Source: an uncultured Thermoplasmatales archaeon (GTDB lineage Archaea; Thermoplasmatota; E2; DHVEG-1). Taken from it: 48,468 nucleotides of DNA. Below the pieces are notes generated by a model, which ran no database searches, was not told where the DNA came from, and saw nothing but the letters and a program-made list of their open reading frames with translations. Within the stretch, counting starts at the first letter, position 1. Every line of letters starts with the position of its first letter. The stretch lies in contig CAZQMI010000003.1 of assembly GCA_964594475.1 (NCBI GenBank), positions 1 to 48,468 of the forward strand, given 5' to 3'. The position numbers were made by a program, and so were the translations under genes. This document shows positions 37,752 to 47,016 of this stretch, piece after piece.

Positions 37752-38852
37752 ATGAAAAAAAATCTCACCGTAGCATGTATCAGCATCATATGTTGTCTTC
37801 TCTTTATCTCTGGATGTCTAGAGTTGTCCAATCCCTTCAATGATGACAACAGCATAACTTTTCAGTCACATCCAACCGCTATTCGATACACCCTTACCTA
37901 TGGCTATCAGGCAAACAGCAGTGGAACAGGAAAGGCAACCCTTCTCTATCAAGAGGATCTCCCTGAAGTAGCCAAGGGCTCTATTCTCAATCTCTCAATC
38001 CACCAAGAAGATCTCGCACAAACACAGACTATTGCACAAAATACCATGATACACTGGAACATCACACTAATAGATGCACAAAGTATCACCCTTAGCATAA
38101 GCACAGAACCCTCCGCAGAAAGCCTCCTTCTTGCCGATCTGAACGCAACAGAAGCACTAAGCATTAATAATATTCAACGTACGTATCCTTCATTAATCCA
38201 AAAATACTGTCAGGCCCAGGGAAACGATACTCATTGGTTGATCCAACCTGATCATCCCGCAATACAAAGCATCAGTCAACAAATCCTTTCTGAGATGACT
38301 ACCAATAACAGTCTTGAAATTGCTAAAACATTGTTTCATTGGCTCAAAACCAATACCATGTATCAAATCCATCCAGAGAATGAATCGGTACAATCAGCCA
38401 CTCTCACCCTGCAGAAACAAACCGGTGATTGCGATGATCTTTCATTTCTATATCTTTCATTGCTCCGATCGGTAGATATCCCTGCTCGGTTCATCAAAGG
38501 ATACCTTATCAGCGAAATCAATGGAAGCATGCAGGCCATCAGTCATCTCTGGGTAGAAGTGTTTGTTGGTGGATTCCTTGGTCTGAACGGCTGGATCCCA
38601 GTTGAATGCGCTGGGACCGGTGATTCAGGATATGAAATCTATCAGAACTTTGGAGTGGAAGATGCCTCACATCTACGACTCTTTCTTGATGAGGGAAGCA
38701 ATAATTCAATCATCCAGTCGAGCCGACATATCTCTGTAGAATACCCTGAACAAATGAGCGTTATTCTCTCCTCTTTTGCAAGGGTATCAGAGTATCAGAT
38801 TCTACAAACAGAAAAACTCTGCATCAAAGACAATATACGAAGTTATTGTTAA
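37752..38852 (+). CDS. Transglutaminase-like (cysteine-protease-fold) lipoprotein
   Basis: Signal plus lipobox-like LLFISGC. The transglutaminase core has QTGDCDDLSFLYLSLLRSVDIPARF (Cys) and ISHLWVEVFV (His). The ATG immediately follows the upstream TAA (TAAATG). Confidence 0.8.
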   Translation: MKKNLTVACISIICCLLFISGCLELSNPFNDDNSITFQSHPTAIRYTLTYGYQANSSGTGKATLLYQEDLPEVAKGSILNLSIHQEDLAQTQTIAQNTMIHWNITLIDAQSITLSISTEPSAESLLLADLNATEALSINNIQRTYPSLIQKYCQAQGNDTHWLIQPDHPAIQSISQQILSEMTTNNSLEIAKTLFHWLKTNTMYQIHPENESVQSATLTLQKQTGDCDDLSFLYLSLLRSVDIPARFIKGYLISEINGSMQAISHLWVEVFVGGFLGLNGWIPVECAGTGDSGYEIYQNFGVEDASHLRLFLDEGSNNSIIQSSRHISVEYPEQMSVILSSFARVSEYQILQTEKLCIKDNIRSYC

Positions 38853-38916
38853 AAAAAATGAAAAAGTTGGGCAGGTTTCATTTTCAAAAAAATGGATATT
38901 GCCCAAAAAAATCGTT

Positions 38917-39033
38917 TTACTCAGCCATCTCGTATTGAATGAGATGTCCATCGTCTTCTTCCTCAAAGAGCGGAAGCTGTTTTGGTTTCGTATAGGTAAT
39001 TCTTCTCCGTGATGATCCCATGTCCTCGCCCAT
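38917..39033 (-). CDS. Possible leaderless small ORF (38 aa, MGEDMGSSRRRITYTKPKQLPLFEEEDDGHLIQYEMAE)
   Basis: A TTTTTAAAA element (39054-39062) is centred 25 nt upstream of the ATG at 39033, the spacing expected for a leaderless archaeal mRNA. The longer 75-aa version in the ORF track looks non-genic. No homology recognised. Confidence 0.3.
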   Translation of the reverse strand: MGEDMGSSRRRITYTKPKQLPLFEEEDDGHLIQYEMAE

Positions 39034-39434
39034 TACATTGATATAGAGACCGATTTTAAAAAGGTACCTATTTATTTCTCTTTTAAGACAATCACGTAAC
39101 ATCCACATACCACTTAAAAAAAACAGAAAGAAACCATAAATCACATGTTTTTTTTAAGAAACACATGACATACATATTCACCTGCGAAAAAGCTACTTAA
39201 ACTCAGAAGTCATCCAATCATGTAGAAGTAATGAAAAAGTCTGGGCTGGTACTATATTTTGAAGTGCATCACCATCCCATCTCAACCGTGAAGTGAGAAG
39301 TTTTTCCCAGACTTTACTTCTCCTCTTCCTTCTGAGATGAAACAAGGATCTGACGGTAAAACATGGAGTAATCTTTTTAATCAAGAACATCCTATATAAT
39401 ATTACATACCTCTTTACCATTTGGGGACAAAACC

Positions 39435-40739
39435 ATGAAGAAACACATCATTACCTTAAGTATACTAATCATTTTACTCAGCAGTTCATATTCATTTACC
39501 ATTACCGCTGAAGACACTGCCCAATCCATAGAAGGTGGATGGATCGAGGAAATCGATGGGGTCACCGTTCTTTATGTCAGTGGAACCCATTATGAAATGG
39601 GATATCAACACGGGCAACTATTAAAAGAAGAAGTCCTTGAAAACATGAGAGCGTTTTTTGATTTATATGAACGCAAAGGATGGTTATTTGAGGATGTGTT
39701 AAATGTGTGGAACATTCAAGACCATTATCTTCCAACGGTCTACAAGCAAGAAATGCAAGGGATGGCCGATGCGCTCAATGTAACCTTTGAAGAAGTCGCT
39801 GTGCATAACACTTGGATGGGAGTGTTTAATCATCTTTTTGCCTGCTGGGGTGCATCTCTCTGGGGAGATGCAACGGAAACTGGGGAGCTTCTGCATATGC
39901 GAAGTGTTGATGGAGTGAACAATCTTCAGGATCCCATCACGGAAACATATGCCTATGAAAACCAGATTGTTATGGTACGTGATCCATCCAATGCTTACGC
40001 ATCGATATCACCAGTGTTTGCCGGAGATATCACCAGCATCGGTGGATTTAACGAACGAGGAGTGGGAGTAAGTGAACTCACCATTCGCGCTGATGATAGT
40101 ACCTTTCATGGAATCAATGCAGGATTCCGAATGAGAATGGTCCTTGATTATGCAGATCATGGCGGAGAAGCAGTAAACATTATGAATTCAAATCGCACCT
40201 GCTGTTGGAATTTCATCGTTTCCGATGCAGCTATTCCAATGGGTTATGCCATTGAACAATCTGCAAATTACGCGTTTGCCAACACCTGGTTTGATAAAAC
40301 CGAATCAACCGAACCATTCTGGGAGATCAAACATGTGGTACGACGAGGTAACTGCTATATTCATCCCACCATGGCAGCACTCGAACGTGAAATATATGAT
40401 CCCAGTGGACTTCCAGGACTGCTTCGAACGTTATTCAAAATAGATTATAAATATATTAATTGGGTCCAATATAAATCTATCAGCGATGAAATAGAACAGC
40501 AATATGGCACTCTTACCACCGTTAAAGCACTTCAGCTTCTGCGAGATGTCTACCTTGGAAAAACGGATCTTATGTTTCGTATTTTCTTAACAGATTCATC
40601 GAAAACAGGAAGACAATGGGTGGGATCCCCTTCAACGGGTGAATTTTCCATCTGTTTTGCTGAAGATGGAAAAGAAGCATATCATAACAAGATTCACACC
40701 TTTAATCTCTATGACCTGCTGCAATCAAATGCATCCTAA
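39435..40739 (+). CDS. Secreted C45-family / Ntn-hydrolase-like protein (acyl-CoA:6-APA acyltransferase-like)
   Basis: 434-aa ORF with a signal peptide. GTHYEMGYQHGQLLKEEV and a candidate nucleophile context FACWGASLWGDATETGELLHMRSVD resemble peptidase C45. Confidence 0.6.
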   Translation: MKKHIITLSILIILLSSSYSFTITAEDTAQSIEGGWIEEIDGVTVLYVSGTHYEMGYQHGQLLKEEVLENMRAFFDLYERKGWLFEDVLNVWNIQDHYLPTVYKQEMQGMADALNVTFEEVAVHNTWMGVFNHLFACWGASLWGDATETGELLHMRSVDGVNNLQDPITETYAYENQIVMVRDPSNAYASISPVFAGDITSIGGFNERGVGVSELTIRADDSTFHGINAGFRMRMVLDYADHGGEAVNIMNSNRTCCWNFIVSDAAIPMGYAIEQSANYAFANTWFDKTESTEPFWEIKHVVRRGNCYIHPTMAALEREIYDPSGLPGLLRTLFKIDYKYINWVQYKSISDEIEQQYGTLTTVKALQLLRDVYLGKTDLMFRIFLTDSSKTGRQWVGSPSTGEFSICFAEDGKEAYHNKIHTFNLYDLLQSNAS

Positions 40740-40984
40740 AATAGAAAGGAAAACTAAGAATCAGCAATCACATTTTGTTTCATCAAAACATCATTGAAAA
40801 AACCATAAAATAAGCAAGATGGTAAGGAGAAGTACGTCGAGCCTTCACGCAAGTCGCCTCCTCCCCCATAATATATGCACATTAAAATATTTTTTATTGC
40901 TAATAAATGTTCTGCTTTCTATTTAGGTAATCGTCGAAAACACAATCAGAATATGTCAACCAATCAACCTACCCATTGAAAAAA

Positions 40985-41413
40985 ATGAGCACATCTCGCC
41001 AGAGAAAGATTTATTTCTCATCAGGGCATATCAATTCATATCGGATGGGATCTTCAATGAAAAAACAACCTATTGAGCATCAAAGTGCCACTCTCAAGAA
41101 AAAAAATGATGGAAAGAAACATCGAACAGGTAATGATCTAGTTCTTAACAGCGGTGAAGAAACGATTCAAACTGGGACCAGTTCATTAGACCATCAACTC
41201 AAACAGCTTCAGCAGGAAAACGAACTATTAAAACAGGAAAACAAGACCCTTGAAATCGACAACATCTGCCTGGAACAGAAGAACTGGGAGCTAACAACAC
41301 GGATAGATGATCTTGCTACTCATTATCCAAAAGCCAGTGTTCTGCTTGGAAAAAACCCTGAGCAACATCGCAAACAAAACTGGATTCAAAAAATCAAGCA
41401 AAAAATAAAATAA
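40985..41413 (+). CDS. Hypothetical coiled-coil protein
   Basis: The ATG at 40985 is preferred over the TTG at 40976. The central heptad-like stretch is LKQLQQENELLKQENKTLEIDNICLEQKNWELTTRIDDL. No family recognised. Confidence 0.45.
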   Translation: MSTSRQRKIYFSSGHINSYRMGSSMKKQPIEHQSATLKKKNDGKKHRTGNDLVLNSGEETIQTGTSSLDHQLKQLQQENELLKQENKTLEIDNICLEQKNWELTTRIDDLATHYPKASVLLGKNPEQHRKQNWIQKIKQKIK

Positions 41414-41417
41414 AAAA

Positions 41418-41434
41418 AAGGGAAAAAATCCCTT
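41418..41434. terminator. Hairpin AAGGGA-AAAAA-TCCCTT between convergent genes, flanked by A-run and T-rich sequence
   Basis: 6-bp stem seen directly. A8 lies upstream and TTATTT downstream, so it could act on both strands. Confidence 0.4.
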
Positions 41435-41457
41435 ATTTAAGCAATCGACAATCAATA

Positions 41458-42501
41458 TTATTTCTTCTGTTTCTTTTTACTGTGCTTACCGGTTTGAGCA
41501 GATTGCTGTTTTCCCATGTTCACTCCATCTTCCTGTGTGCGAGCAGCAATAAGACAACCACGGGCAACCGAGTTCAAAGGATCCTTTGCCTTTAAAATAT
41601 TTGATACTTCAATGCCAAGCTTTGCATTTCGGAGTTTACGTTCAAACATCTCAAAGAAACCCTTCGGAAGTGAACTGCCACCAGCAATCGCCACTGGAAA
41701 CGCTACATCAGGTGGGGTAATATGAGCAAGTTTCTTTTTCAAATGCTCAATCACATAAGAAATCAACGCATCATAATAAATATTCAACGCTCCTTCAGGA
41801 CTACCAACGGTTACCTTGTTACTCAGGGAAGAGACCTTTTCCTTGGTCGCCGTGACATTTTCCTTGGTTAGACCCGTTGATTTGGATACTTGTTCATCAA
41901 TCCAATCGCCACCACGACCGATACTAAATGACATCAACGGCGATGCCATATAGGCTAACGTTACATTCGTCAACCCTGCCCCCACACTCACTCCAAGACC
42001 GGTGAAATTATAATCTGCTAGCTCCGAATAAATCACCGCAAGACCCTCATCGATTACCTTAGTATCATACTGCAACCGTTTGGTCAACGCTTCCATGGTC
42101 TTCTTATGATACAACACATCCATGTCCACATCTATAGGATCAGCCGGTGTTGAGATATACAGGACCTCATTGGGATTATGTTTTTCGCCAAGGGTTCGTT
42201 CTACGATCAACTGCATAATAGGAATTGCTTCCTTCTCCTCAGGACTAATGATACCATGTTTCATCGGACGACGCGCTTCTTTTTCAAAAATGGTTGCAAA
42301 CTTAAATGCATCCTCACCAAGCAATCGAATGCCATCATCATCTTCAATGTACAGCACTTTTGATGTATCAAGCATGTTCTTGGTCAGATCACTTGAATCG
42401 ATCTGCATAAACGCGTTACGTTGTCTTCTAAAAACGATATCTTCACCATCTCTATCCGCAGAAATGATGTTCATTGTCCCAATATCTAAACCTTTTGCTA
42501 T
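41458..42501 (-). CDS. Divergent actin-fold (MreB/ParM/Hsp70 superfamily) ATPase with polybasic C-terminal tail; probable start upstream of the first ATG
   Basis: Phosphate-1 motif KGLDIGT (encoded at 42475-42495, upstream of the ATG at 42474). Phosphate-2 motif GVSVGAGLTNVTL. Adenosine motif VAIAGGSSLPKGF. Tail GKHSKKKQKK. GGTGAT (42507-42512) lies 5 nt upstream of an in-frame ATA (42499-42501). Confidence 0.75.
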   Translation of the reverse strand: MAKGLDIGTMNIISADRDGEDIVFRRQRNAFMQIDSSDLTKNMLDTSKVLYIEDDDGIRLLGEDAFKFATIFEKEARRPMKHGIISPEEKEAIPIMQLIVERTLGEKHNPNEVLYISTPADPIDVDMDVLYHKKTMEALTKRLQYDTKVIDEGLAVIYSELADYNFTGLGVSVGAGLTNVTLAYMASPLMSFSIGRGGDWIDEQVSKSTGLTKENVTATKEKVSSLSNKVTVGSPEGALNIYYDALISYVIEHLKKKLAHITPPDVAFPVAIAGGSSLPKGFFEMFERKLRNAKLGIEVSNILKAKDPLNSVARGCLIAARTQEDGVNMGKQQSAQTGKHSKKKQKK

Positions 42502-42586
42502 GTCACATCACCATCCTAATACACTGATTCTTATCACAAACACATTTAAATACATTTCGAGAAAAAGAAGTAAAAGCAAAAAGAGG

Positions 42587-43405
42587 TTATTTTTTATGAA
42601 ATAAATGATGAACTTTATCAAAAAAACCCTGTTTAACCGAGGACTCCTGATTCAAGGTATCTGCCAGAAGCATTGATGCCTTATCAACACCAGTCGCACC
42701 CCATTTTTCCTTGGACCCAGGATTCAATGTCTGCTGCAAGGCAACAGTTTCATTCATATCGTCCTTTCGTCGGATCACCGTTTCGGCAGCAGCATTTCTG
42801 GAAACTTTAAATGATGGCTCAACAGAGAGATCAAACTGTAAATTATCCGCTGCCTGCTTCATCGATTGCTTAATCGCGTTTTCAATATCCCGTTGAATCT
42901 CCTCATCCGTATGCATATATGTTTTCTTCCCAGCCTTCATATCTGTTACCGATGAATCTAGGTTTTTGCGAAGAATCCACAAAGTCACATGCCCAAAGGC
43001 ATTGCCCATCAACATTAAAAAACCAAGCAAATAGGCTAAGAGGATATAACTAATGATAGGGTAGAACCAATTCGATTCATAATTCAAATAAAATGAAAAA
43101 ATACCAATAACAGAGAACACTGAACCCAATCCAAACACTAGATATCCACGTTTTGACTGATTCAGCATAAGATTAATACCCATGGCGACACACAATAGAC
43201 CTGTTCCCATGAACATAACGGTATCAGCAATCAATCCAGCTTCAGATTCATAATGGATCTGAAAAAACATCACAGAAACAGAAGCATACGCAAGAAGAAT
43301 AATGCCACCAACAAAAAAAAGCGTCCCTAAATAATAAATGGTCTCGCCCCGACGAGATAATCGGTCATCTCTCATCTCATCTTTCAGCTTTTTCTCTCCA
43401 CGCAT
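42587..43405 (-). CDS. Hypothetical membrane protein (4 TM helices plus ~120-aa soluble C-terminal domain)
   Basis: 272-aa ORF immediately upstream of, and co-directional with, the actin-like gene. The hydrophobic helices lie between residues ~25 and 150. No family recognised. Confidence 0.6.
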   Translation of the reverse strand: MRGEKKLKDEMRDDRLSRRGETIYYLGTLFFVGGIILLAYASVSVMFFQIHYESEAGLIADTVMFMGTGLLCVAMGINLMLNQSKRGYLVFGLGSVFSVIGIFSFYLNYESNWFYPIISYILLAYLLGFLMLMGNAFGHVTLWILRKNLDSSVTDMKAGKKTYMHTDEEIQRDIENAIKQSMKQAADNLQFDLSVEPSFKVSRNAAAETVIRRKDDMNETVALQQTLNPGSKEKWGATGVDKASMLLADTLNQESSVKQGFFDKVHHLFHKK

Positions 43406-43680
43406 CCAACATCCATTTATTGATATACCTTTTTACTATAAAAGGATTATGAGAAAAATCCCACTGTGACCAATAAGAGACGTAATGATATTACAACAAA
43501 GAAAAAAAGTAATCTCATACAATCAATAATGAATTGAACATCAGAGATAAACTCACCAAGAAGGGAATAATTATTCTTTGTTTTACTCATCAACACCTGA
43601 ACAGATTCACATTCACTCTCCGATCCAAACACATCCACTGCTTTTGCCCGATTATGTAACAGAACCGTACCAGAGTAGGC

Positions 43681-43688
43681 TTTAAATA
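43681..43688 (+). promoter_or_regulatory. TATA box (TTTAAATA) for the uS12-uS7-aEF2 operon
   Basis: Exact archaeal TATA consensus about 45 nt upstream of the rps12 ATG. Confidence 0.5.
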
Positions 43689-43732
43689 TGAAAAGTTGTA
43701 TACTGCCATACCCTTCTTAAGTAGGTTGTACT

Positions 43733-44164
43733 ATGGGCAAAGGAATAAACGCTGGAAGAAAGCTGAAAAACGATCGGAAAAAACAACGTTGGAACGATCG
43801 ATACTACAAAAAACGCGTGCTTCATCTGAAAGAAAAAGCTGATCCGCTTGAAGGCACTGCTCAAGCAAGAGGCATCGTGATCGAAAAAGTAGGAATCGAA
43901 GCAAAACAGCCTAACTCAGCAATCAGGAAATGTGTGAAAGTACAACTGATCAAAAACGGACGGCAGATCACTGCGTTTGCACCAGGTGACAATGCAGTTA
44001 GCTTTATCGATGAACACGATGAAGTGATGGTAGAGGGAATCGGTGGTCGCATGGGGCGAAGTTACGGTGATATCCCCGGTGTCCGATTCAAAGTCATTAA
44101 AGTTAATGATATCTCCTTAGATCAAATGGTCAGAGGAAAAATTGAGAAAGCAATGAGACGATAA
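43733..44164 (+). CDS. rps12: 30S ribosomal protein uS12
   Basis: 143-aa ORF with [18 protein letters not shown] and [13 protein letters not shown], the archaeal S12 signature. Confidence 0.97.
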   Translation: MGKGINAGRKLKNDRKKQRWNDRYYKKRVLHLKEKADPLEGTAQARGIVIEKVGIEAKQPNSAIRKCVKVQLIKNGRQITAFAPGDNAVSFIDEHDEVMVEGIGGRMGRSYGDIPGVRFKVIKVNDISLDQMVRGKIEKAMRR

Positions 44165-44166
44165 CC

Positions 44167-44760
44167 ATGGCTGAAAAAAAAGATGAAAAACGAATCACTA
44201 ATTTTTTTCCCATACTTGCAAAATATGATCCAGATACAGTGAAAGTAGAGGATCAGGGACTTGCCCGTTATATTAATCTAGATACCGAAAACATCTATCT
44301 CGGTGCAGTCTTTGCCAATAAAATGTTTGCCAAATCAAAGATACCCGTAGTTGAACGATTGATCAACAATATCATGCGCACGGAAAAATACAATGGGAAA
44401 AAAATCAAAGCCTATAAAATCGTGAGAAGTGTCTTTGAAATTATTGATAAACGGACAAAGACCAATCCATTACAAGTCCTTATTGATGCTATTCAACATG
44501 CTGCTCCAAAAGAAGAAGCAACACGGCTTCGCTTTGGAGGGATCCTTGTTCCAAAAGCAGTGGATACTGCACCGCAACGACGACTTGATATCGCCCTGCG
44601 GAATCTTTGTGTTGGTGCGGTGAACACCACACATAAAAACAAGAAACGAATGGAGGAATGTCTCGCTGATGAGATCATCAAAGCATCAAAAAACGATGTG
44701 ACCTCCTTTGCGGTTTCACGTAAAAACGAACTGGAACGAGTGGCAAAATCAGCTCGATAA
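44167..44760 (+). CDS. rps7: 30S ribosomal protein uS7
   Basis: 197-aa ORF 2 nt after the S12 stop. It shows the archaeal S7 pattern (VERLINNIMRTEKYNGKK..., AVDTAPQRRLD) in the canonical S12-S7-EF2 order. Confidence 0.95.
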   Translation: MAEKKDEKRITNFFPILAKYDPDTVKVEDQGLARYINLDTENIYLGAVFANKMFAKSKIPVVERLINNIMRTEKYNGKKIKAYKIVRSVFEIIDKRTKTNPLQVLIDAIQHAAPKEEATRLRFGGILVPKAVDTAPQRRLDIALRNLCVGAVNTTHKNKKRMEECLADEIIKASKNDVTSFAVSRKNELERVAKSAR

Positions 44761-44813
44761 ACACAAAAAAAGAAAAGCAAGATTTCTTGCACCTTTATTT
44801 GGGGTTATAGTCT

Positions 44814-47012
44814 ATGGGTAAACGAGAAGATAATGTAAAAAAAGCAAAACATTTGATGAACAAGCTTGACAATATTCGTAATATTGGTATTGCTGCTCAC
44901 ATCGATCATGGAAAAACCACACTCTCTGATAACCTGCTGGCAGGATGTGGGATGATGAGTGAAGATCTAGCTGGTAAGCAGCTGGCACTAGATTTTGATG
45001 AGCAGGAATCCGCTCGAGGCATCACCATTGATACCGCATCAGCATCTATGGTGCATGAATTCGAAGGAAGTGAATACCTGATCAACTTGTTAGATACACC
45101 TGGTCACGTTGATTTTGGTGGAGACGTTACCCGTGCCATGCGAGCAGTGGATGGTGCAATTGTTGTAGTCTGTGCCGTTGAAGGCGCCATGCCACAGACG
45201 GAAACGGTGATTCGACAGGCGTTAAAAGAAAACGTGCGACCCGTTCTTTTCATCAACAAAGTCGACCGATTGATCAATGAACTGAAGGTGACCCCTGAAC
45301 AAATGCAGCAGCAGTTCATCAAAATCATCACCAAGTTCAATCAACTCTTAAACAAGATGGTCCCAGAACAATTCAAAGGCAAATGGGACGTTAAGGTCGA
45401 GGATGGTACCGTTGCCTTCGGTAGTTCCTATTACAACTGGGCAATATCTGCACCTTACATGCAGAAATCAGGGCTTAGTTTTAATGATATTTATGAGTAT
45501 CTGAACAATGATGATCAAAAGGCACTAGCAAAAAAGATCCCCATTCATGAAGTCATCCTTGATATGGTAGTTGATCATCTGCCCTCACCAAAGGTTGCAC
45601 AGAAATATCGTATTCCCAACATCTGGCGAGGCGATCCAGAAAGCAAACTGGGAAAAGGGATGATGAACACTGATGAACATGCCCCACTTGCATTGATGAT
45701 CACCAAGATCGTCATGGATCCTCATGCAGGAGAAGTCGCCGTCGGCCGGATCTATAGTGGAAAGGTCGAACAAGGAATGCAGGTATATGTAGCCGGTATG
45801 CCCAAGATGAACCGTATCCAACAGGTCAATCTCATGGTCGGAGCTGATCGTATCCGGATGGATGAGGTCACCGCAGGAAACGTGGTTGCTCTCACTGGCG
45901 TGAAAGATGCCATTGCGGGTAGTACGGTCACTGATGATCCGGATGCAGATCCCTTTGAACGAATCGTTCATGTATCTGAACCTGTGGTCACTGTTGCCGT
46001 GGAAGCAAAACACACCAAGGATCTGCCGAAACTAATCGAGGTCCTGCGAACAGTTTCCAAAGCCGATCCCAGTATCGTGGTGGACATCAATCAGGAAACC
46101 GGTGAGAACCTGATGAGCGGAATGGGAGAACTGCATTTAGAAATCACTGAATACCGTATCAAAAATGAATACGGCGTGGACATCATTACCTCAGAACCTA
46201 TCGTGGTCTACCGGGAGTCAGTAGAAAAGAAATCACCACAGCAGTTCGAAGGAAAATCACCCAATAAACACAACAGGTTCTACATCGAAGTGGAACCCCT
46301 TGATGAAAAAATCGTACAAGCCCTTTACAACAATGAAATTCCCTCAAATGTAAAAAAATATAAAAAGGATGTGGCAAAACAACTGCAGGAACTGGGCATG
46401 CCAAAAGACATCGCCAAAGGAGCTATTGCAGCCCAAGGGCTGAACCTGCTTTGTGATGTGACCAAGGGAATTCAGTATCTTTCTGAAATCCATGAACTCA
46501 TCATTCAATCCTTTGAAGAAGTAATGAAAAGCGGACCAACGGCATCTGAGCCCTGTCAGGGGCTCCTAGTTCGACTGGTGGATGCGAAACTGCACGAAGA
46601 TGCTATCCATCGTGGTCCAGCACAGGTCATACCCGCAGTGAGAAACGCTGTATATGGGGCGATCACCATCGCTAGTCCCGTGCTGCTGGAACCCATGCAA
46701 AAAGTCTTTATTAGCACCCCACAGGATCTGATGGGAGATGCAAGTCGGGAACTGAATCAACGACGAGCCGTCGTCCGAGATATGACCACAGAAAAGGACA
46801 TGATTAATATCGATGCAAAGGCACCTGTTGCAGAAATGTTCGGGTTTGCATCAGCCATTCGATCAGCAACCGGTGGACGCGTGCTGTGGAACACAGAAAA
46901 CATTGGTTTTGAACCCCTGCCAAAACATCTGCAGGATGATATCGTTACTCAGATCCGGGAACGAAAAGGCTTGAAACCAGAACCCTACCCCGCTAATTAT
47001 TACCTGGAATAA
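44814..47012 (+). CDS. fusA: Translation elongation factor aEF-2
   Basis: 732-aa ORF with G1 [10 protein letters not shown]3 DTPGHVDF and G4 NKVD. The diphthamide loop is [11 protein letters not shown] (His599 codon 46608-46610). Confidence 0.97.
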   Translation: MGKREDNVKKAKHLMNKLDNIRNIGIAAHIDHGKTTLSDNLLAGCGMMSEDLAGKQLALDFDEQESARGITIDTASASMVHEFEGSEYLINLLDTPGHVDFGGDVTRAMRAVDGAIVVVCAVEGAMPQTETVIRQALKENVRPVLFINKVDRLINELKVTPEQMQQQFIKIITKFNQLLNKMVPEQFKGKWDVKVEDGTVAFGSSYYNWAISAPYMQKSGLSFNDIYEYLNNDDQKALAKKIPIHEVILDMVVDHLPSPKVAQKYRIPNIWRGDPESKLGKGMMNTDEHAPLALMITKIVMDPHAGEVAVGRIYSGKVEQGMQVYVAGMPKMNRIQQVNLMVGADRIRMDEVTAGNVVALTGVKDAIAGSTVTDDPDADPFERIVHVSEPVVTVAVEAKHTKDLPKLIEVLRTVSKADPSIVVDINQETGENLMSGMGELHLEITEYRIKNEYGVDIITSEPIVVYRESVEKKSPQQFEGKSPNKHNRFYIEVEPLDEKIVQALYNNEIPSNVKKYKKDVAKQLQELGMPKDIAKGAIAAQGLNLLCDVTKGIQYLSEIHELIIQSFEEVMKSGPTASEPCQGLLVRLVDAKLHEDAIHRGPAQVIPAVRNAVYGAITIASPVLLEPMQKVFISTPQDLMGDASRELNQRRAVVRDMTTEKDMINIDAKAPVAEMFGFASAIRSATGGRVLWNTENIGFEPLPKHLQDDIVTQIRERKGLKPEPYPANYYLE

Positions 47013-47016
47013 ACCA

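Noticed and set aside
39193-39420. 75-aa minus-strand ORF upstream of the C45-like gene
   Set aside because: Arg/Leu-rich composition, no promoter or SD, and a start that abuts the divergent gene's ATG. I treat it as non-coding; see the inverted-repeat finding.
40757-40800. C/D-box sRNA-like elements on the minus strand (ATGATG, TGATGA at 40780-40785, CTGA at 40761-40764)
   Set aside because: The spacing is wrong: 15 nt lies between the C-like box and the D box, there is no D'/C' pair and no terminal stem.
40821-40867. Isolated GC-rich patch (GGTAAGGAGAAGTACGTCGAGCCTTCACGCAAGTCGCCTCCTCCCCC) in an AT-rich spacer
   Set aside because: I could only draw a 7-bp stem (GGAGGAG/CTTCTCC with one G-U, on the minus strand). 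It shows no tRNA-like arms, no promoter at a suitable distance and no match to any RNA family I know. It may be a remnant or chance.
42122-42604. 160-aa plus-strand ORF opposite the actin-like gene
   Set aside because: It is a Ser/Ile-rich shadow frame of a gene with clear actin-fold motifs, and no SD or TATA is visible.
43541-43592. 52-nt minus-strand segment starting with TGATGA and ending with CTGA (typical C/D sRNA length)
   Set aside because: The internal D' (ATAA) and C' positions do not match consensus. There is no terminal stem, and the base before the C box is T rather than a purine. It also lies inside a dubious 63-aa ORF. Only a weak candidate; RNA-seq or a snoRNA scan could revisit it.
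45585-46013. 142-aa antisense ORF inside aEF-2, plus the other antisense ORFs at 45104-45340, 46198-46404 and 46566-46760
   Set aside because: They are fully embedded opposite a highly conserved, relatively GC-rich gene. They have no start context and non-protein-like composition, which is typical of shadow ORFs.
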